From: Felis catus
Lineage: Eukaryota
Reading direction: 5' to 3'
NCBI RefSeq assembly: GCF_018350175.1
Contig: NC_058383.1
Location: 19,780,001 to 19,844,000, forward strand
Length of the DNA stretch: 64,000 bases
Below, piece by piece: positions 59,922-64,000 of this stretch (positions are counted from its first letter, which is position 1; every line of letters starts with the position of its first letter). Below the pieces are notes generated by a model that was not told where the DNA came from, ran no database searches, and saw only the letters and a program-made list of their open reading frames with translations. The translations under genes were made by a program, and so were the position numbers.

Positions 59922-62063
59922 GGATAGCTGCTTTTTAAGGGGTGTTGAGCAAACTAACGAAGTTGTGTATGGTCCAAATCGCGCTGAGTGGGGCTTTGCT
60001 GAGAACCTGTCCCACTAACACGACAGCTGTGCCCCAGACTGGACTGTGGGAGTTACACGTGCACACACCTGGAGTCCCAGAACTTTCCTTTCTAGGGATT
60101 TATGCTTTAGCTACCTATTTACATGCCAAATGGAGTACACGCAGCGATGCTCATCACAGTGTTGTTTGTAAGAGCAAACGTACCCGTGAAATTATTCATA
60201 AAAAGTATTAGCAGGAAGGGGAACCCTGGCTGGGGATGAAGGTGAGTTTTCACTGGATGTTCCGTAACCCTTTTTGAATTTTGAAGCATGTATTCCCTCT
60301 TCTAAAATAAATATTAATATATGTGCTGCGCACACAGTTTGACTTGGAACAGAATTAATATTCTTCTTTAAATAGACTCAATTTTTTAAAATAAATAAAT
60401 TTCCTGAAAAGGGAAGCTCACTCTGCCACATCCCACAGGGAGAATTGGTATCATTTGCCACAGAGAGGAGATAATCACGAGACTCAGCGTGTTGGGAACA
60501 AACACTCTTTCGGAGGCTTAGTGAAGCGTCCTGCTTGCTTCTGCAGGCTCTGAGTCCGAGGCCAGCCCTTTACTGATTGATAAAGGAGATTAGCCGTGTC
60601 AGAGAGATGCGAGAGGCGTGTTATCACCCAGCTCGGGCCAGGTGGTTGGGGTCGCGTGACTCGTTCTGGCCAACGGCCCGTGTGTGGAAGCTTCCAGTGC
60701 CCCTTTTGGGTTCTGGCCGTAGGCGGCTGGTATTCCCCTCCCATCTCTCTTTTGCTTGGAGGCCGTGTGCTCCAGAAATCAGAGCTGCAGGGGCATCCAG
60801 ACTTGGCATGGGCGAGAAAGGACCGTATTATGTCAGGGCACTGAGATATCGGGGCTTACTTGTTCTGCGGCATGGCGTAGGCTGTTCTGACTGCTGTAGG
60901 CTTGGGGAAATGCCATCTTTGAAGAGCTCTTTATTAGAGTTAGACTACCAGAACCACATGGCCTTCCCAGCTGGGCCCCTTATTTTCTTCTCCTCTGTCT
61001 CTCCTCTCTTCCCCGTACGTTCCGCTAACAGGCTGCCTCCGATTGCTCACCATTACTCTTGGCTTTGCCTACAGACTCACGGTCCATTAAGCTTCAGAGA
61101 GGCCTCTGCATTATTTTAGTCAAGCTGGTTCCCCAGTGGGAGTCACCTCCCCACACCTCTGATAGGACCTGCTTGCATACGTGCCGGGACAAGAGGCTCA
61201 CTCCCTCTCCAGGTGGTTCCTTCCCTCACTGGGCAACTCTGTCCACGAGGAGCTTCTTGGGATCCATCAGACAACACTTTCGCCTCTGGCCATTTCTTCT
61301 CGCCCCCATCCAGAGTCCCACAGAATGGCTGTCCCTGACCCAGGACAAGCCTTGGAAACCCAAAGCCCCTCAAAATTTCTCTTTTCCAGGCGTTCTCTTC
61401 CAGGGCACAAGGAAGACACATCCTGTGGGGCTCTTGGCCATGTGCCCTGCGGTGGGAATACATCCAAGTCTTGCGTCCAAGACTTTGTCATAGCTTGCCA
61501 TTTGAGCCCCACTCTCCTGGGTGGAGGGAACTAAATCTCAGTCTGTTTAGAATTCCTTCTTTGCTGTGGGATTGCTTTCAAGTTCTGCATGTGGGGAGGA
61601 TCAAGGGGTTGGAGAGGGAAACGTATCATCCACGGGGATTCTCTGCAAGTCCTGGAGGGCCGGCCACATGTGCTGCTGTGGCTCTATGGGCTCCTAGCCA
61701 AAGGTGAGGGCTACTTCTCACCATCGCTGTGTGCTGACTTCTGGGTGTGTGGGGATCAGGTGGGCTCTTCATGCTACACTCTGTGAGAAGCCACAGGAAA
61801 GCCAGTGAGCCTTTCCAAGGCTTTCCGAGGTCCTTCACCACGTCCCCCTTGCTCTGGGCGCCTGGGACCCGTTCTGTGGCTTCTCTCTGTGCTTCTATGT
61901 GGAGGGCCCTCCAGACCTTTCTCAGCCTAGAGTGCCCCACTGAGCCAGCCTCTCAGACTCTGCCCAGGAACGGGGGTATAAGGTAGGATGCAGCGGGAGG
62001 GAGGGACTCAAATCAGAGGGCCAAAAGGTGTCTCAGCAGGAAGGAACCAAAGCAGTGAAGGAA

Positions 62064-62552
62064 TGTGGTTTTGCAGAACCCACAGTTCCAGCCCAGGAGA
62101 TGTCTTGCCTGGTATAGCCCCTATGTGAGCCAGTTTGGGCCAGACTGGAGCTAGGACCTGTGCAGAAGCCTGCCCTGAATTATCCTGAAGTTCTCTTTAG
62201 CCCATTGTAATACTAAGCTCTCCTCCTATGGCCGTGTTTCCGCTAGGTTTTGCACATACGATGTATACATTAGCATGTCGACGTGCTGGGCAGGCATGGT
62301 TGAACCAAAGTGTTTAAGTCATAGAATGTGTGTAAGTTCCTTGATGCATAGGAAAGCTCCCTGCCCCCGCCCCCTAATACACTGAATAAAAGCTTACTGT
62401 ACTAATCCCACAGGGAGATATGGTGCTTGGAGACCTATCTCCCTGTCTCCTTACTTGTAACAAGTAATAAAGCGTTCCTTGCTTCCAATGCTTCCTTGGG
62501 TTGTGTCCAATTTAATGTACCCCAAGTGGTGAGGCCCTTGGGTCTGGTTACA
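62064..62552 (+). mobile_element. Solo ERV LTR (MER74-like; 5' boundary uncertain)
   Basis: gaataaaag TATA-like box, ggagatatggtgcttggaga, AATAAA at 62466-62471, ggttaca terminus. Confidence 0.55.
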
Positions 62553-63126
62553 GTGGCACAGATCTGCCTACTTCCCCCACCTGGGGCTCGGCCAGGACCC
62601 CCTTTCTCAGGGACACGGCAACTTCACATTCCCTTTGCTTTCTGTCCAATCCTTCTTCCCCAGTCATGCTGCCCGGGGCAGGGGGTAGGGGCAGGCGGCG
62701 TAGGAAGCCCTACTTACCCCGTCCCATTCATCCTCACAAGGACCCCTTTTATAGCAGATGGTGAAACTGAGGTCCAGGGAAAATGAAGGGTATAGCAGAG
62801 CCAGGATTTAAACCCAGATGTGTCTGCAATATCCAGGCACTTCTCCAGGAATCACACCTGGGAATGTCAGTGCTCTGCTGGAGTTCTGGGGTCCCGAGAG
62901 GATGCGCGGGGAGGTTTGAGGCAATAAAGCCACCATCACATCCTTTCAAAGACACTCAAGTGTTCCCTCTGACTTCAGAGGCTTCAGAGCTGGTGTCCTC
63001 AGGCCCTCCTTCTAAGTGAACAGACAGCTCGTGCATTAATTCCATAAACGTTTGCCGAGTTTCTCCCATGTTCCAGGTGTGGCAGGAGGGGCTGGTGCTA
63101 CAGCAGTGAACAGAAAAACCTGCCCT

Positions 63127-63290
63127 GGGGCGCCTGGGTGGCTCAGTCAGTTAAGCATCCACCTCTTCATCTCCGCTCAGGTCATGATCTCAGGTTTCCT
63201 GAGTTCCAGCCCCGCACCCGGCTCTGTGCTGAAGGCACAGAGCCTGCTTGGGATTCTGTCTCAGCCTCTCTCTCTGCCTCTCCCCTGTTG

Positions 63291-63326
<36 letters not shown>

Positions 63327-63350
63327 ATAAATAAATAACCTTAAAAAAAA
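63127..63350 (+). mobile_element. Can-SINE
   Basis: Full body; TSD core cctgccct. Confidence 0.95.
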
Positions 63351-63429
63351 GCCCTGCCCTTGGGGATTAAACAGTTTTATAGATGGAAATAGACAAGACT
63401 CCCAGGCCAACAAATAAATGAGGGGACTA

Positions 63430-63720
63430 TTTATAAATAAAATTCAGCCTAGTAAATGTGAAGATCCAGTTGACTTTATTAAATGATTGATGAATCAGGA
63501 GGCATCCCATCTAGCAAGTGGAGGGGAGCAAGGAAAGCATCATCTAAGCAAGGAATGTCCTCCTAAGGGGGGCGGAAAGGGGCCGCCAGTCTTGACCAGG
63601 AAATTCCACGTTGACCGGTTAAAGGTTACGTTCCTGGAGGGTCGAAACTGCAGTTAGGTTAGGCAGGTATTAAGTCTTGGTTTGCTCAGAAGGCTAAGTG
63701 ATGCCATTTAGAGGCTATGG
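63430..63720 (-). mobile_element. ERV1-class LTR fragment (MER31/MER67-like)
   Basis: aataaaattcagcctagtaaatgtgaagatccagttgactttatt...tgaatcaggaggcatcccatctagcaa. Confidence 0.45.
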
Positions 63721-63721
63721 G

Positions 63722-63969
63722 TTGTTTTTTTGTTTTTTTTTGTTTTTTTTTTTTTTAATTTTTTTTCAACGTTTATTTATTTTTGGGACAGAGAGAGACA
63801 GAGCATGAACGGGGGAGGGGCAGAGAGAGAGGGAGACACAGAATCGGAAACAGGCTCCAGGCTCTGAGCCATCAGCCCAGAGCCCGACGCGGGGCTCGAA
63901 CTCACGGACCGCGAGATCGTGACCTGGCTGAAGTCGGACGCTTAACCGACTGCGCCACCCAGGCGCCCC
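63722..63969 (-). mobile_element. Young SINEC_Fc
   Basis: CpG-intact, consensus-like body with a long T tail. Confidence 0.97.
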
Positions 63970-64000
63970 GGTTTTTTTTTTTTTTTTAAACAGGTCTCAA

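Overview
This is felid (cat-family) genomic DNA, judged from about 40 Can-SINE (SINEC_Fc-type) copies and a carnivore L1. It is GC-rich and looks intergenic or deep-intronic. I find no supportable host protein-coding exon, rRNA, tRNA or CRISPR array. The ORF track is explained by repeats, (CAC/CAT)n microsatellites, GC-rich noise and one dead L1. The window contains SINEs, L1/L2/MIR, MaLR/ERV solo LTRs, hAT and TcMar DNA transposons, two large (CAC/CAT)n arrays, about six repeat-free motif-dense islands that look like developmental enhancers, and several CTCF motifs. Two structures stand out. First, a hidden ~2.27 kb polyadenylated, non-coding retrocopy (50781-53054) splits a Can-SINE, is bounded by a 12-bp target-site duplication (TSD), and ends at the poly(A) site of a MER21 LTR. 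Second, a 4.46 kb L1 (37921-42377) inside another MER21 has an intact 5' end, lacks its endonuclease domain, is 3'-truncated with no poly(A) tail, and still has an 8-bp TSD. Repeat family names come from my recollection of consensus sequences, not a database search, and boundaries of old repeats are approximate.
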